A stretch of 64,000 nucleotides of DNA, taken from assembly GCA_963778655.1 (NCBI GenBank), contig CAVZVA010000002.1, positions 128,001 through 192,000 of the forward strand, given 5' to 3'. The DNA is from an uncultured delta proteobacterium. GTDB taxonomy: Bacteria > Myxococcota_A > Polyangia > Polyangiales > JAFGIB01. Below are positions 28,201 to 37,387 of the stretch, in pieces (positions within the stretch are counted from its first letter, which is position 1; every line of letters starts with the position of its first letter). The notes below the pieces were generated by a model. The model was not told the origin of the DNA and ran no database searches. It saw nothing but the letters and a program-made list of their open reading frames with translations. Made by a program: the position numbers and the translations under genes.

Positions 28201-29300
28201 CGGCCGAGCGCGTGCGCGCCGGCATACGGGCGGTCGAGCGCTTCGGCGTCGACGCACAGCACGGTCGCGCCGCGCAGCCTCGCCTCGAGCGCGATTTCGC
28301 GCAGCACGCGCGTCTTGCCGCTGCCGGCTACGCCTTCGAGCAGCAGCACGCCGCCGTGGCCGCGCGCCAGCTCGGCGACCGCCTGCGCGGCGAAGCCGAG
28401 CTCGCGCCGGCGCCCCACCAGCGGCGCGCTCGCCAGATAGCTCTCGGCCAGCGCCAGCTCTTCGCGCAGCTCGCCCGCCGCCTCGCCGGCCAGGATCACG
28501 TCCAAGCGATCGATCACCGCGCCCGCGCTGGTCGGACGCGCCAGGCTGTCCACGCGCAACAGCCGCAACACCAAGTCGTCGAGCTCGCGCGGCAGCGCGG
28601 GCAGCGCGCGGCCGTGGCGGTCGCTTTCGGGCATGCGCTGCGAGGGCGGCGGCAGCGGCTGCGCCCAGTACGCGGGCAGCTGCAGCGGGTCGCCCGCGGG
28701 ATAGGCCTGGCGGCCGGTCAGCATGAAGTACGCGAGCGCGCCCAACGCATAGAGATCAGCGCGCTGATCGAGCGGCGCGCCCTCCAGCGCCTCGGGCGGA
28801 ATGCACGGGGGCGTGCCGACCGCGTCGCCCTTGTCGCCGAAGGCCGCGAGCAAGCCGAAGTCGAAGAGCTTGCAGCTGCCGTCGCCGACCACGCGCACGT
28901 TGCGCGGCGTGACGTCGCGGTGCACCAGCCGCCGCGCGTGCAGCAGGGCGAGCGAGGCGGCGATCTCGCGCAGGTAGCGGCAGGCCTGGGGATAGGGCAG
29001 CGGGGAGAGCTCGCGCATGTCCGCGCCCTCGAGCAACTCCATCACGTAGTAGGGGCCTTGCGCGTCGGTGCCGTAGTCGTACGCGGTGACGATGTGCGGG
29101 TGGGCGAGCTCGACCAGGGTGCGGTACTCGCGCTCGAACAGCGCGCGCCGGCGCTCGCGCTGCGGCGCCTCGCTGCGCACTTCCAGCCGCTTGAACGCGA
29201 CCGTGCGCTGCAGCGAGCGATCGCGCGCGCGGTACACCGCGCCCATGCCGCCCCGGCCCAGCTCCTCGCCCAACTCGTATCGCCCCGCGACCAACGACAT
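25239..29300 (-). CDS. Ser/Thr kinase fused to AAA/STAND-like ATPase and helical C-terminal region
   Basis: LGRGGMGAV, HRDVTPRNV, DFG; Walker A GVAGSGKT; LVLLDNVQRCD; TAGNP; YRFRH. Confidence 0.88.
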   Translation of the reverse strand: MSLVAGRYELGEELGRGGMGAVYRARDRSLQRTVAFKRLEVRSEAPQRERRRALFEREYRTLVELAHPHIVTAYDYGTDAQGPYYVMELLEGADMRELSPLPYPQACRYLREIAASLALLHARRLVHRDVTPRNVRVVGDGSCKLFDFGLLAAFGDKGDAVGTPPCIPPEALEGAPLDQRADLYALGALAYFMLTGRQAYPAGDPLQLPAYWAQPLPPPSQRMPESDRHGRALPALPRELDDLVLRLLRVDSLARPTSAGAVIDRLDVILAGEAAGELREELALAESYLASAPLVGRRRELGFAAQAVAELARGHGGVLLLEGVAGSGKTRVLREIALEARLRGATVLCVDAEALDRPYAGAHALGRQLLEVAPLEALASARAQAPLLAHVVPELADALGDVTPAPRPADPVSWRTQIQAALRGWLLDLSRRRPLLVLLDNVQRCDDPSAVLLAALALEARNHPLAVVATARSGDDAASPAALSSLRQVVRRSTLGGLSAKHLHAWVDSVFGETPNLSRLSRFLHQRTAGNPSHCMELLRLMVSRRDIRYRDGTWVLPTEPSALELPSRVEEAMCDRLQHLSGEALELAQALSLYRGGLSLEVCRKLWGEHEHDGAALCAALGELVAHEVLSAGDAGYRFRHEALRDALVGQIDDARKALLHLRVAEAILARGRLYVSERADAALHLLQAGDERGARILGEVGISQAMGKQPVAGCTRTLEAALALYREQARGPYDQAALLAPLGLAAYMVDRRLESHTDAIVACFAQVSGLGLAARMRPLLGKRLATLIGLGVGALRHACQPRQSRHCSFRELMQAFVGALLALCGKAAVCLDGPTIDRLAAVLEPLALLGKHSATKFAYDYCRGLSLVTRDRYARTYAHFLDLERRLQAPGSMSDLPQEARQLWQGGVDYVLGVFESFRGDSGALERAARLEQTGLDVHELIAAQLRLQYHGFRGETEQVRAAFEQVEARAIQTGYAWQVETWAAIAINLFGGLWNDVILTKRSLDETERLRHEIPTLDRYARSSRATYLLQRGDPRECIEVYLPVLAQEAPLQRIGWSVSSGLMAEAHNQLGEHARAREICERVLAAADPEDGAYYAFRLPVELPLCYALAGLGEHARAKAYLAELFGRYEATGSPLALGMLHEATARIAFARGDRKTFTLQLQQVERLFRPLGNPTLIARFRNLTELGGSEGGVAVSIASMRELKAFQAALAPIDERKRLARYILSWVMERHEGFVAYLFVVDASGPVVLAATSALDPRPDVVEMVRRSLASLGKGDGEDTTLCGTEAATTSDEHGSAHTYLLSYLDAGKFHGEGALVLVGRSPAPPRIRYELLQSAAQHLRRLRPTGL

Positions 29301-29452
29301 ACGCGCAGCGCAGGGCTCCTGCGAGTCCTGCTATACTGCATTATTGCATTTTGGCCGCAATCCGAGCAACCGCGCGGCATCCCCGTCTGGGAGCGCCTGT
29401 AGAGCGCCCCGGCGTGCTCGACGCCGCAGGACAAGTCACGAAAATGACTGCG

Positions 29453-31342
29453 TTATCCAGCGGGGTCCGAGGCGCGTGGGGACGTGGCTCGCTGACTGAA
29501 GTGCGGGACGGCCGGAGCCGGGAGGCGCAGCCGCTGGCCGACCGCGGGCATCCGCACCCGGCGCAGGCCGTCCTCACGCGGATAGAGGAAGAGGTAGCCC
29601 GGGTCGTCGAGGGGAAGGGCGAAGGTGAAACGCAGGCGCGTGGGCTGGCCGCCGGCCGCGGCCAGGATCTCGACGCGGAAGCCCGCGCCCGCGAAGCGCT
29701 GGCCGGGACGCAAGGGCGCGACCTCGGGCCGATACACCGAGCCGCTGAAGGTGGCGGGCACGGGCGCGCCTTCGATGCGCAGCTCGAGCACGCGCGCTGC
29801 GCGTCGCAGCAGCACGTGCGGGTTGTCGAAGGCCGCGCTCAGCAGCGCGCTGCGCTCGGGCATGGGATGGCCGTGCAAGTGGCGCGCGAACGGCAGCGCC
29901 CATTGCGAGGGCCAATCGCGCCCCGCGATCACGAACACCTGCTGCCCTGCGATCTTCGCGTCGTCGATCTCGGCGTGCTCCACCCAATCGTCCTCGACGC
30001 GCGAGAGATAGGCGTAGTAACCGACATCGCGCCGCGCCCGCACGCCGGCGTACACCAAGTGCACGAAGATCAGCGGCAGCGCCAACAGCGCAAAGCCGAG
30101 TCTCGCCGGCCAGCGCCGCGGCAGACCGCGCTGCAGCGCCGCGCCCACTGCAGCGCAGAGCAGCAGCGCGAGCATTGCATCGATCCCGATCGCCGCGCCC
30201 AGGCAGAGCCGACTCATCGGCAGCGTGCTGCACATCGGCAGAATCGAGAGCAAGCCACCGAGCAGCAGCCAGCGCGCGCCCGGCGCGCGCGCGCGAAGCG
30301 GTGCGCGCCCCAGCACCCACAGCAGGCCGAGTGCCACCACGCCGGCCGCGACTCCGGCGCCGAGCTGCAGGCGCTGCAGGCTCGAGAGCGCAAGCCAGCG
30401 CGGCGGCAGCAGATCCTGCTTGAGCAACCACTCGCGCCACGGCGGGCCCGCGTACTCCCATTCGGCGCCCAGCCCGAACAGCAGATCGCCGAGCAGCAGC
30501 GGCAGGCGGGTCATGGCCGCGGCGGCGTAGCGCAGCGGCGTGGTCAGCGGGTCGATGTAGAAGCCCGAGCCCGCGATGCCGTAGCCGAGCCCGGCGCGCA
30601 CCAGCAGATAGGTCGTGCCCAGCGCCGCCACCGGCAGCAGCGCGCGCAAGCGCGCGGTTAGCGCGCCGCGCATCCCCCACAGCTCGAAGGCGGCAAAGTA
30701 CGCCAGCCCGGCAAAGGCGTGCTCGCCGGCCAGCAGAGCCAGCGCGACGAGCAGAAGCGAGAGCGCGCGCCCGCGGCGCAGCGTGCCCTGGCGCGCGGCC
30801 ACGTGCGCCCACAGCCCCCAGCAGCACAGCGCCACCGCGACGATCGCGCTGCGGTTGGCGATCCAGGACAGCGGCAGGCCGTGGGCCTCGTCGAGCGCAT
30901 AGATCAGCACGCCGAGCGCGGCCACCGGCAGCGGCAGTGTGCTGCGGAGCAGCGCCGCGACGCCTGCGAGCAGCACCACCCACCACAGCATCGAGTGCAG
31001 ATGAAAGCCCCACGGGCTCGCGCCCGAGAGCCAGAAGTCGAAGGCGATCAGCGCGCTGGCGAGCGGCCGCAACACCGCCAGGTGAACGCCCGGGTAGGTC
31101 CACCACGGCAGCCGGCCCGACCGCAACAGCGGCGCGTGCTCGGCCGGTCCCTCGCCGACGAAGTCGAACATGTCGAAGGGACCGCGCGAAAGCGGATAGA
31201 TCCCGGCGTGCATCGCGTAGTGGTCGTAGTCGTCGGCGAAGAACGCTCCATCGAGCGCGTGCCAGCGCAGCCCGAGCCCGAGGACGATGGCGAGGCTCAC
31301 CCACGCGAGATAGAAGGTGTGTTTGGTTACCGGGAGAGTCAC
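29453..31342 (-). CDS. Polytopic membrane protein, putative GT-C-fold glycosyltransferase (paralog 1)
   Basis: FFADDY after TM1, LPWW, LRPLAS, HLHS, DEAH...WIANR, GYGIAGSGFYIDP; many TM helices. Confidence 0.65.
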   Translation of the reverse strand: MTLPVTKHTFYLAWVSLAIVLGLGLRWHALDGAFFADDYDHYAMHAGIYPLSRGPFDMFDFVGEGPAEHAPLLRSGRLPWWTYPGVHLAVLRPLASALIAFDFWLSGASPWGFHLHSMLWWVVLLAGVAALLRSTLPLPVAALGVLIYALDEAHGLPLSWIANRSAIVAVALCCWGLWAHVAARQGTLRRGRALSLLLVALALLAGEHAFAGLAYFAAFELWGMRGALTARLRALLPVAALGTTYLLVRAGLGYGIAGSGFYIDPLTTPLRYAAAAMTRLPLLLGDLLFGLGAEWEYAGPPWREWLLKQDLLPPRWLALSSLQRLQLGAGVAAGVVALGLLWVLGRAPLRARAPGARWLLLGGLLSILPMCSTLPMSRLCLGAAIGIDAMLALLLCAAVGAALQRGLPRRWPARLGFALLALPLIFVHLVYAGVRARRDVGYYAYLSRVEDDWVEHAEIDDAKIAGQQVFVIAGRDWPSQWALPFARHLHGHPMPERSALLSAAFDNPHVLLRRAARVLELRIEGAPVPATFSGSVYRPEVAPLRPGQRFAGAGFRVEILAAAGGQPTRLRFTFALPLDDPGYLFLYPREDGLRRVRMPAVGQRLRLPAPAVPHFSQRATSPRASDPAG

Positions 31343-31480
31343 GCGACCTTCCCGCCCCTGGGCCCGAAGCGACCGCGGTCAAGCTGGCGGATGGCTTCGC
31401 TCCGGCTTCGAGACTCTCGGTTCATGAAGGGATCGCAGGATCGCGCTGCGCGGCCGCGCGGTGTAGGATAGCCGACTTCA

Positions 31481-33343
31481 GTGGCAACCATGACCAGGGA
31501 GCTGCAGCGGATTGGGCCTCGCACCTACGCCGCGCTGGCGGCCTTGATCATCCTGGCGGGTCTTTGGGTGCGCCTGCCGGCGCTGCGTGCCGGCTTCACG
31601 GTCGACGACTTCGCGCAGCTGGCGATGATGAAGCACGTCTATCCGGTGCCGCGCGCTCCGCTCGAGCTGTTCACCTTCTCGGACGGCAGCGCGCGCGAGG
31701 ACGGTGCCTTGCGCGCCGCGGGCTTCTACCCCTGGTGGTCGCACGCGGGCCTTCGCATCTCGATGTTCCGCCCGCTGGCCAGCGCGTTGATGTGGCTCGA
31801 CCTCGGGCTGTTCGGCGACAACGCGCTCGCCTACCACCTGCACAGCGCGCTGTGGTGGCTGGCCATGGCAGCGGCCGCGGCGCTGCTGCTGCGCCGCGTG
31901 CTGCCGGCGTGGGCCGCGCTGCTCGCGCTGCTGCTGTTCTGCGCCGACGAGGCGCACGGCATGCTGCTGGGTTGGATCGCCAACCGCAATGCAATGGTCG
32001 CGGTGGCGCTGTGCCTGCTCGGGCTGTGGCTGCAGCTCAAGCGGCGCGAGGACGGCTTCGCGGCGGGCGGTGCGCTCGCGCTCGGCTGCTTCGCGCTCGG
32101 GCTGTGCGCCAGCGAGTGCGCCGTAGGCATGCTCGCCTACGCGGCGCTGTACGAGCTGCTGCGACATCCGCGTCCGGCGAGCCGCGCCGCCGTCCGCGGG
32201 CTCGCGCCGCTCGCGGTGCTGCTGGCCGCGTACCTGCTGCTGCGCACGGGCCTCGGCTTCGGCTCGCGCGGATCGGGGATGTACATCGATCCATTGGGCG
32301 AGAGCGCGGCGTTCGTGCGCGCCGCGGCGCGGCGCGCTCCGGCGCTCGCGGGCGATCTGATGCTCGGCCTGCGCGCCAACTGGTGGACGGGCGGCTTTCC
32401 CTGGACCGCCGCGCTGGTCGACCACGGCCTGGTCTCTCGCGACTGGCTGCTCGACCTGCGGCCGATGCGCACGCTGCTGCAAGCGACCGGCTGGGTCGCG
32501 ATCGCCGCCTACGCGCTGCTCGCCGGCAGCGTGCTGCGCGCGCGAGCATCGCAGCACGACCTGCGCTGGCTCGTGCTCGGCGCGCCGCTCGCGCTCGTGC
32601 CTTCGCTCTCGTCGCTGCCCGAGAGCCGGCTGCTGGTGCCCTCGCTGCTGGGCTGGTCGGTGGCGATGGCGGCCCTGGTCCGCGATCGCGCGGCGGCCTT
32701 GCGCGCGCGCCCGCGCAGCGTGTCCGCGCGCGCCGAGCTCGCGCTCGCGGGGCTGCTCGCGCTCTACCACGCGAGCCTTCCGGCGTGGAACAGCGCGGAC
32801 GAGGCACGCGTGTTGGCCCGGCTCGCGCCCGCGGTGCGCGCCTCGATCCTCGCGCCCGAGCTCGATCCGCTGCTGCGGCCGGCGCGGCGCGTGCTGCTGC
32901 TCTCCGCGGCCGATCCCACCACCACCATCTACATCCCGTTGCTGCGCCGGCTGCGCGGGCGCACGGGACCGCGTGCCTGCCAGCTGCTCACCGCCGGCTT
33001 CGTTCCGCTGCGCCTGCTGCGGATCGCGCCGGACGCGTTCCTGCTCGACCGCCTGAGCGACGCCTACACCGCAGGAGACGCCTATGCGGCGGCCTTTAAC
33101 CGCGAGCCGCTGCGGCGCGGGCAGCGTTTCCAGAGCGACGGCTTGAGCGTCACGGTGCTGCGCGTGCAACACGGGCTGGCGATGCGCACGCGCTTTCAGC
33201 TCGACCGTCCGCTCGACGACCCGCAGGTGCTGCTGCTGCAGCAAACCGCGGCGGGCCTGCGCCGCGTGGGCTTTCCAGCCGTGGGCCAGGCGCTGCTGCT
33301 GCCGGCGCCGGTGCCGCCCTTCGCGCTGATGGCGCCGCCGTGA
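31481..33343 (+). CDS. Polytopic membrane protein, putative GT-C-fold glycosyltransferase (paralog 2)
   Basis: FTVDDF, YPWW, FRPLAS, HLHS, DEAH...WIANRN, GFGSRGSGMYIDP. Confidence 0.65.
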   Translation: MATMTRELQRIGPRTYAALAALIILAGLWVRLPALRAGFTVDDFAQLAMMKHVYPVPRAPLELFTFSDGSAREDGALRAAGFYPWWSHAGLRISMFRPLASALMWLDLGLFGDNALAYHLHSALWWLAMAAAAALLLRRVLPAWAALLALLLFCADEAHGMLLGWIANRNAMVAVALCLLGLWLQLKRREDGFAAGGALALGCFALGLCASECAVGMLAYAALYELLRHPRPASRAAVRGLAPLAVLLAAYLLLRTGLGFGSRGSGMYIDPLGESAAFVRAAARRAPALAGDLMLGLRANWWTGGFPWTAALVDHGLVSRDWLLDLRPMRTLLQATGWVAIAAYALLAGSVLRARASQHDLRWLVLGAPLALVPSLSSLPESRLLVPSLLGWSVAMAALVRDRAAALRARPRSVSARAELALAGLLALYHASLPAWNSADEARVLARLAPAVRASILAPELDPLLRPARRVLLLSAADPTTTIYIPLLRRLRGRTGPRACQLLTAGFVPLRLLRIAPDAFLLDRLSDAYTAGDAYAAAFNREPLRRGQRFQSDGLSVTVLRVQHGLAMRTRFQLDRPLDDPQVLLLQQTAAGLRRVGFPAVGQALLLPAPVPPFALMAPP

Positions 33344-35199
33344 GCGGCGGGCCGGGCGGCGGGCTTGACTCGTGCGCGCATCCGGGTTTGGGTGAGCCGG
33401 GCGCAGCGATGCAAGGCGGACCGGGATTGCGTTGGTTGCGCGCGGGGCGCCCGAGCGTGATCTGGACGGCGGTGGGGCTGGGCTGCCTGCTGTGCCTGCC
33501 CTCGCTGTTCATCGGGCTCATCACCGACGACGTGCCGCACGGCCTGTTCCTGCGCCAGCACGTGCGCTCGCCGCAGGCACCCGGCCACTTCTGGGATCTG
33601 TTCGACGTGTGCGGGCGCAGCGGCAAGGGCGACGTGCCGTGGCGGATCTTCCACGGCGGTTTGCCCTGGTGGACCTCGCTTCACCTCAAGATCGCGTTCT
33701 TCCGGCCGCTGGGCGCCAGCAGCCAGTATCTCGACTATCTGCTGTGGCCGGACGCGCCGTGGCTGATGCACCTGCACAACATCGTCTGGTACGCGGCGAT
33801 CGTGTTGCTGGCCGCGCTGCTGTACCGCCGCCTGCTCGGCGCGGGCGCGACCTCGGGCCTGGCGCTGCTGCTCTATGCCGTGGACGAGGCGCACGCCGAC
33901 GGCACGGCCTGGATCGCGGGGCGCAACACCTTGATGACGGCCGCCTTCGTGCTGCTCGCGCTGCTGCTGTACGAGCGCGCGCGGCGCGACGGCTCGCGCG
34001 CGGCGGCGTGGTCGGCCCCGCTCGCGCTGCTGCTGGCCTTTGCCAGCAGCGAGGGCGCGCTCGCGGCGTGGGGCTATCTGATCGCCTACGCGCTGTGCCT
34101 GGACCACGGCAGCGCGCGGAGGCGCGCGCTCGCGTTGCTGCCCTCCGCCGTGGTGACGCTGGCCTGGCTCGCGCTCGGACAGGCGCTGGGTTACGGCGTC
34201 AAGGGCAGCGGGCTGTACGTGGACCCGCGCGCCAGCCCGTTACTGTTCCTGCGGATGAGCGCGGCGCGTCTACCGCAGCTGCTGAGCGCGCAGCTCGCGC
34301 TGCCGATGGAGCTGACGAACGCCGCGCCGCCGCAGCTGCGCCCCGCGATCGAAGCCGCCTCGCTCGCGCTGCTGGCGGCCGGCGCGTGGGTGGCCTGGCC
34401 GCTGTTGCGGCGCCGGCCGCAGGCGCGCTTCTTCGCGCTCGGCATGCTGGGAAGCGCCTTGCCGATCTGCGCCGGCACGATCGCGCCGCGGCTGCTCTTT
34501 CTGGTCGGTTTCGGCGCGCACGGGCTGCTCGCGGAGCTGGCCCGCGCCGCGTTCGGTCGACTCGAGCTCGGCGCGCGCGCGCGTCGCGCGTTGCCGCGCA
34601 GCGTGGTCGCGGTGCTGCTGCTGATCAACGGCCCGCTGGCGATCGCGGTGGCGCCGCTCACGCCGCTGGTGTGGGTCGCGATCGATCGACTGGTGCGCGA
34701 CGCCAGCAGCTCGCTGCCCGCTGCGCACGGAGCGCAGGCGAGCTCGGTGATGGTGCTCAACACCACCGACTACCTGGTGACCATGTTCGTGGTGATCTAT
34801 CGGCTGGCGACGATCGAGCCGGGCAGACAGCTGGTGCACGTGATCGGCGCCAGCGAGAAGCCGGTCCGCGTGCGCCGTCCCGACCGCAACAACCTGGTGC
34901 TGGAGCCCGAAGGGGGTTACCTGCGCGAGCCCACCAGCTTGCTTGTTCGCAGGCCGGACGAACGCTTCAAGCCAGGGCAGTTCTTCACCTTGTCGGGCTT
35001 CTGGGTCGTGGTCGAACGCACCACCCGCGATGGGCGGCCGGCGCGCATCCGCGTGCAGATGCTCAACGGCGAGGATCCGCATTTCGCCTGGGTCACATGG
35101 GACGACGCGCACCATCGCTTCGAGCGCGTGAGCTTGCCGCCTGTCGGAGGCACCCTCACGCTTCCCGGCACCGGTGTCGCCGCCCAGCCCTTGCCCTGA
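33340..35199 (+). CDS. Polytopic membrane protein, putative GT-C-fold glycosyltransferase (paralog 3)
   Basis: ITDDV, LPWW, FRPLGA, HLHN, DEAH...WIAGRN, GYGVKGSGLYVDP; GTGA overlap with the upstream gene. Confidence 0.65.
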   Translation: MSGGPGGGLDSCAHPGLGEPGAAMQGGPGLRWLRAGRPSVIWTAVGLGCLLCLPSLFIGLITDDVPHGLFLRQHVRSPQAPGHFWDLFDVCGRSGKGDVPWRIFHGGLPWWTSLHLKIAFFRPLGASSQYLDYLLWPDAPWLMHLHNIVWYAAIVLLAALLYRRLLGAGATSGLALLLYAVDEAHADGTAWIAGRNTLMTAAFVLLALLLYERARRDGSRAAAWSAPLALLLAFASSEGALAAWGYLIAYALCLDHGSARRRALALLPSAVVTLAWLALGQALGYGVKGSGLYVDPRASPLLFLRMSAARLPQLLSAQLALPMELTNAAPPQLRPAIEAASLALLAAGAWVAWPLLRRRPQARFFALGMLGSALPICAGTIAPRLLFLVGFGAHGLLAELARAAFGRLELGARARRALPRSVVAVLLLINGPLAIAVAPLTPLVWVAIDRLVRDASSSLPAAHGAQASSVMVLNTTDYLVTMFVVIYRLATIEPGRQLVHVIGASEKPVRVRRPDRNNLVLEPEGGYLREPTSLLVRRPDERFKPGQFFTLSGFWVVVERTTRDGRPARIRVQMLNGEDPHFAWVTWDDAHHRFERVSLPPVGGTLTLPGTGVAAQPLP

Positions 35200-35416
35200 G
35201 CGCGCCTCTGGCCCGAGCGTGCTGGCGCGCGCGTGGTCGAGGTCGTGGTGGGGCTCACCGCCGCGCGCGATGCCGCGCAGCGACCCATGCCGTCTCGCTG
35301 GGATTCCGCGCAGCCGCGTGTTACAGGTCGGCCGTGACGCGGCGCCCACCGCAGCCCGCGGGCTCGCGGCGTCCCCGCCGTGGCGCCCGCAAGCCGAGCC
35401 CTCGCACGCTGAGCCC

Positions 35417-37360
35417 ATGAGCCAGGCGGGATCCAGCACCGCGCTCCGCTCGCGCCCCGGCGCGTGGCTGGCGGCGTGCGCGCTGCTGGTGGGCGTCCAC
35501 CTGGTGCTGACCAACCACTTCGTACCGCTACACGCGGTGCTGGGAAATGCGCCGATTCAAGGCGACGACTTCGATCTACACATCGGCCAGACCTATCGCG
35601 TGCTCCAGGGGCTGGACGGTTGGGGCAAGAGCTGGGTCTACGACGTGCAGCTGCTGGCGGGCCAGCCCGAAGGCACCATCTTCGACGCGGACAACAAGGG
35701 CTGCGAGCTGTGGACCTACGCGCTGTGGAAGCTCGGCGCGAGCAAGGCCGTCGCCTTCAACAGCTTCACGCTGCTCGCGACGCTGCTGGTACCCTTGGTG
35801 CTGTTCGCGGCGGCGCGGCTGTTTCGTCTTCAGCCTTGGCCGAGCCTGTTCGCGGCCGCGCTCGGCAGCGCGCTGTGGTTCTTCGACTCGTTCAGTCACT
35901 GGGTGTGGTTCGTGGGCATGGTGTCGTACGGCTTCGCGTCGTATCTCGCCTTGCTGCCGCTGGCGCTGTTCTACCGCTATCTCGAGCGGCCGCGCGCGTG
36001 GAGCGCGATCGGCTGCGCGCTGCTGCTGGGCGTCGCCCACCTGATTCACCCCTACACCTTCTTCATGCTCGCGCCGCCGATGGCGGCGCTCTACCTGCGT
36101 TCGTTCCGCGGCCTGCGGGCGCGCGGGCACCTCGCGATCGCCGGCATCGCGCTCACGACCGTCGCCTTCAACGCCTACTGGCTGCGCGTGGCGCTGGCAC
36201 ACTGGCACTACGTGCTCAATTCCGCGTACTACGGCCAGGCCAATCCGGCTTACCTGCTCGCGGACTTTTTCGACGTGCTGCGCGATCCGAGCGACACCGG
36301 CGTGATCGGCACGCGCACCGGCTTCCGCTTGCTGGCCGTCGCGCTGGCAGCCGCGGGCCTGCTTGCGTGGCGCAGCCGGGGCGACCGCCGCACGCTGCCG
36401 CTGGGAGTCGCGCTGCTGTGGCTGCTCGGGCTGTCGTACTTCGCAGCGTACTTGCCTGGCGGCAGCCAGATCCAGCCATACCGGCACGTGCTGCCCGCCA
36501 GCTTCTTCGCCACGCTGCCCGCGGGCGGGTTCGTCGAGTGGCTGGCGCAGGAGCACGCGCTCGCCGGCTTGCACCGCGGGGCACAGGCTCTGCTCGCGAT
36601 CTTCGCTCTGCTGGTCGCGCAGCACCTCGGCATCGAGGCGCTGTACTTTCTGCCTGGGCTGATCCCCGAAGCGCGGCCGCTGGCCGACGGCACCGCCACG
36701 CCGATCTCCAAGTACGGCTTCATCGACGCGCTGCAGGGCCACAGCCACGTGGACTACGTGCTGCCACACCCGGACTGGCTGGAGGCAGACGCCGAGCAGG
36801 TGGTGCGCTGGGTCGCGCACAACGTGCCGAAGGGCAGCCGCGTGCTGGTCGACAACGCGGTGCTGGGCGAGCGCATCGCCTGGAAGACCGGGGTCGAGGT
36901 GATGGGCGGCTTTCGCGAGCGAAACATCGCCCACGCCTATGCCAACTTCTTCCGCCGCTACGGCGACCATCAGGTCACACCCGCGCAGCTCGCGCGCTAC
37001 CTGCGCACCTTCGGCATCGGCTGGGTGATCCTGCAGGCACCGCGCGCCGACATGCAGGCGGCGTCCACGGTGCTGGAGGCGCTGCCGGAGGTGGCCGGGC
37101 GGCTCATCTATCGCACTCGGGCCGCCGTCGGTCCGGTGCTGCAGGGGGGCGGGCGCGTGACCGCACGCACCAACCGGATCGAGCTGCGCGGCAGCGATCC
37201 GACAAAGGACGCGGTGCTCTCGTACCACTTTCACGAGGCGCTGCGCTGTGAGCCGGGCTGCCGCGTGGAGCGCCTGCCGATCGCGCTGGACGCGGTGGGA
37301 TTGATCCGCATCCCGGCGCCCCATCCGTCGGGGCTGGCGATCGTGAATGCGTACCGGTGA
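35417..37360 (+). CDS. Polytopic membrane protein, GT-C/YfhO-like, different subfamily
   Basis: GDDFDLH after TM1, WVYD...LAGQP, many TM helices, soluble C-terminal domain. Confidence 0.6.
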   Translation: MSQAGSSTALRSRPGAWLAACALLVGVHLVLTNHFVPLHAVLGNAPIQGDDFDLHIGQTYRVLQGLDGWGKSWVYDVQLLAGQPEGTIFDADNKGCELWTYALWKLGASKAVAFNSFTLLATLLVPLVLFAAARLFRLQPWPSLFAAALGSALWFFDSFSHWVWFVGMVSYGFASYLALLPLALFYRYLERPRAWSAIGCALLLGVAHLIHPYTFFMLAPPMAALYLRSFRGLRARGHLAIAGIALTTVAFNAYWLRVALAHWHYVLNSAYYGQANPAYLLADFFDVLRDPSDTGVIGTRTGFRLLAVALAAAGLLAWRSRGDRRTLPLGVALLWLLGLSYFAAYLPGGSQIQPYRHVLPASFFATLPAGGFVEWLAQEHALAGLHRGAQALLAIFALLVAQHLGIEALYFLPGLIPEARPLADGTATPISKYGFIDALQGHSHVDYVLPHPDWLEADAEQVVRWVAHNVPKGSRVLVDNAVLGERIAWKTGVEVMGGFRERNIAHAYANFFRRYGDHQVTPAQLARYLRTFGIGWVILQAPRADMQAASTVLEALPEVAGRLIYRTRAAVGPVLQGGGRVTARTNRIELRGSDPTKDAVLSYHFHEALRCEPGCRVERLPIALDAVGLIRIPAPHPSGLAIVNAYR

Positions 37361-37387
37361 GGGCGGGGACGACTGCGAGCACGCGTG

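Noticed and set aside
23206..29402. Long overlapping ORFs 23206-26181 (-), 26732-28726 (+) and 26877-29402 (+)
   Set aside because: Low-complexity alternative-frame or antisense products expected at very high GC; they overlap genes with clear motifs.
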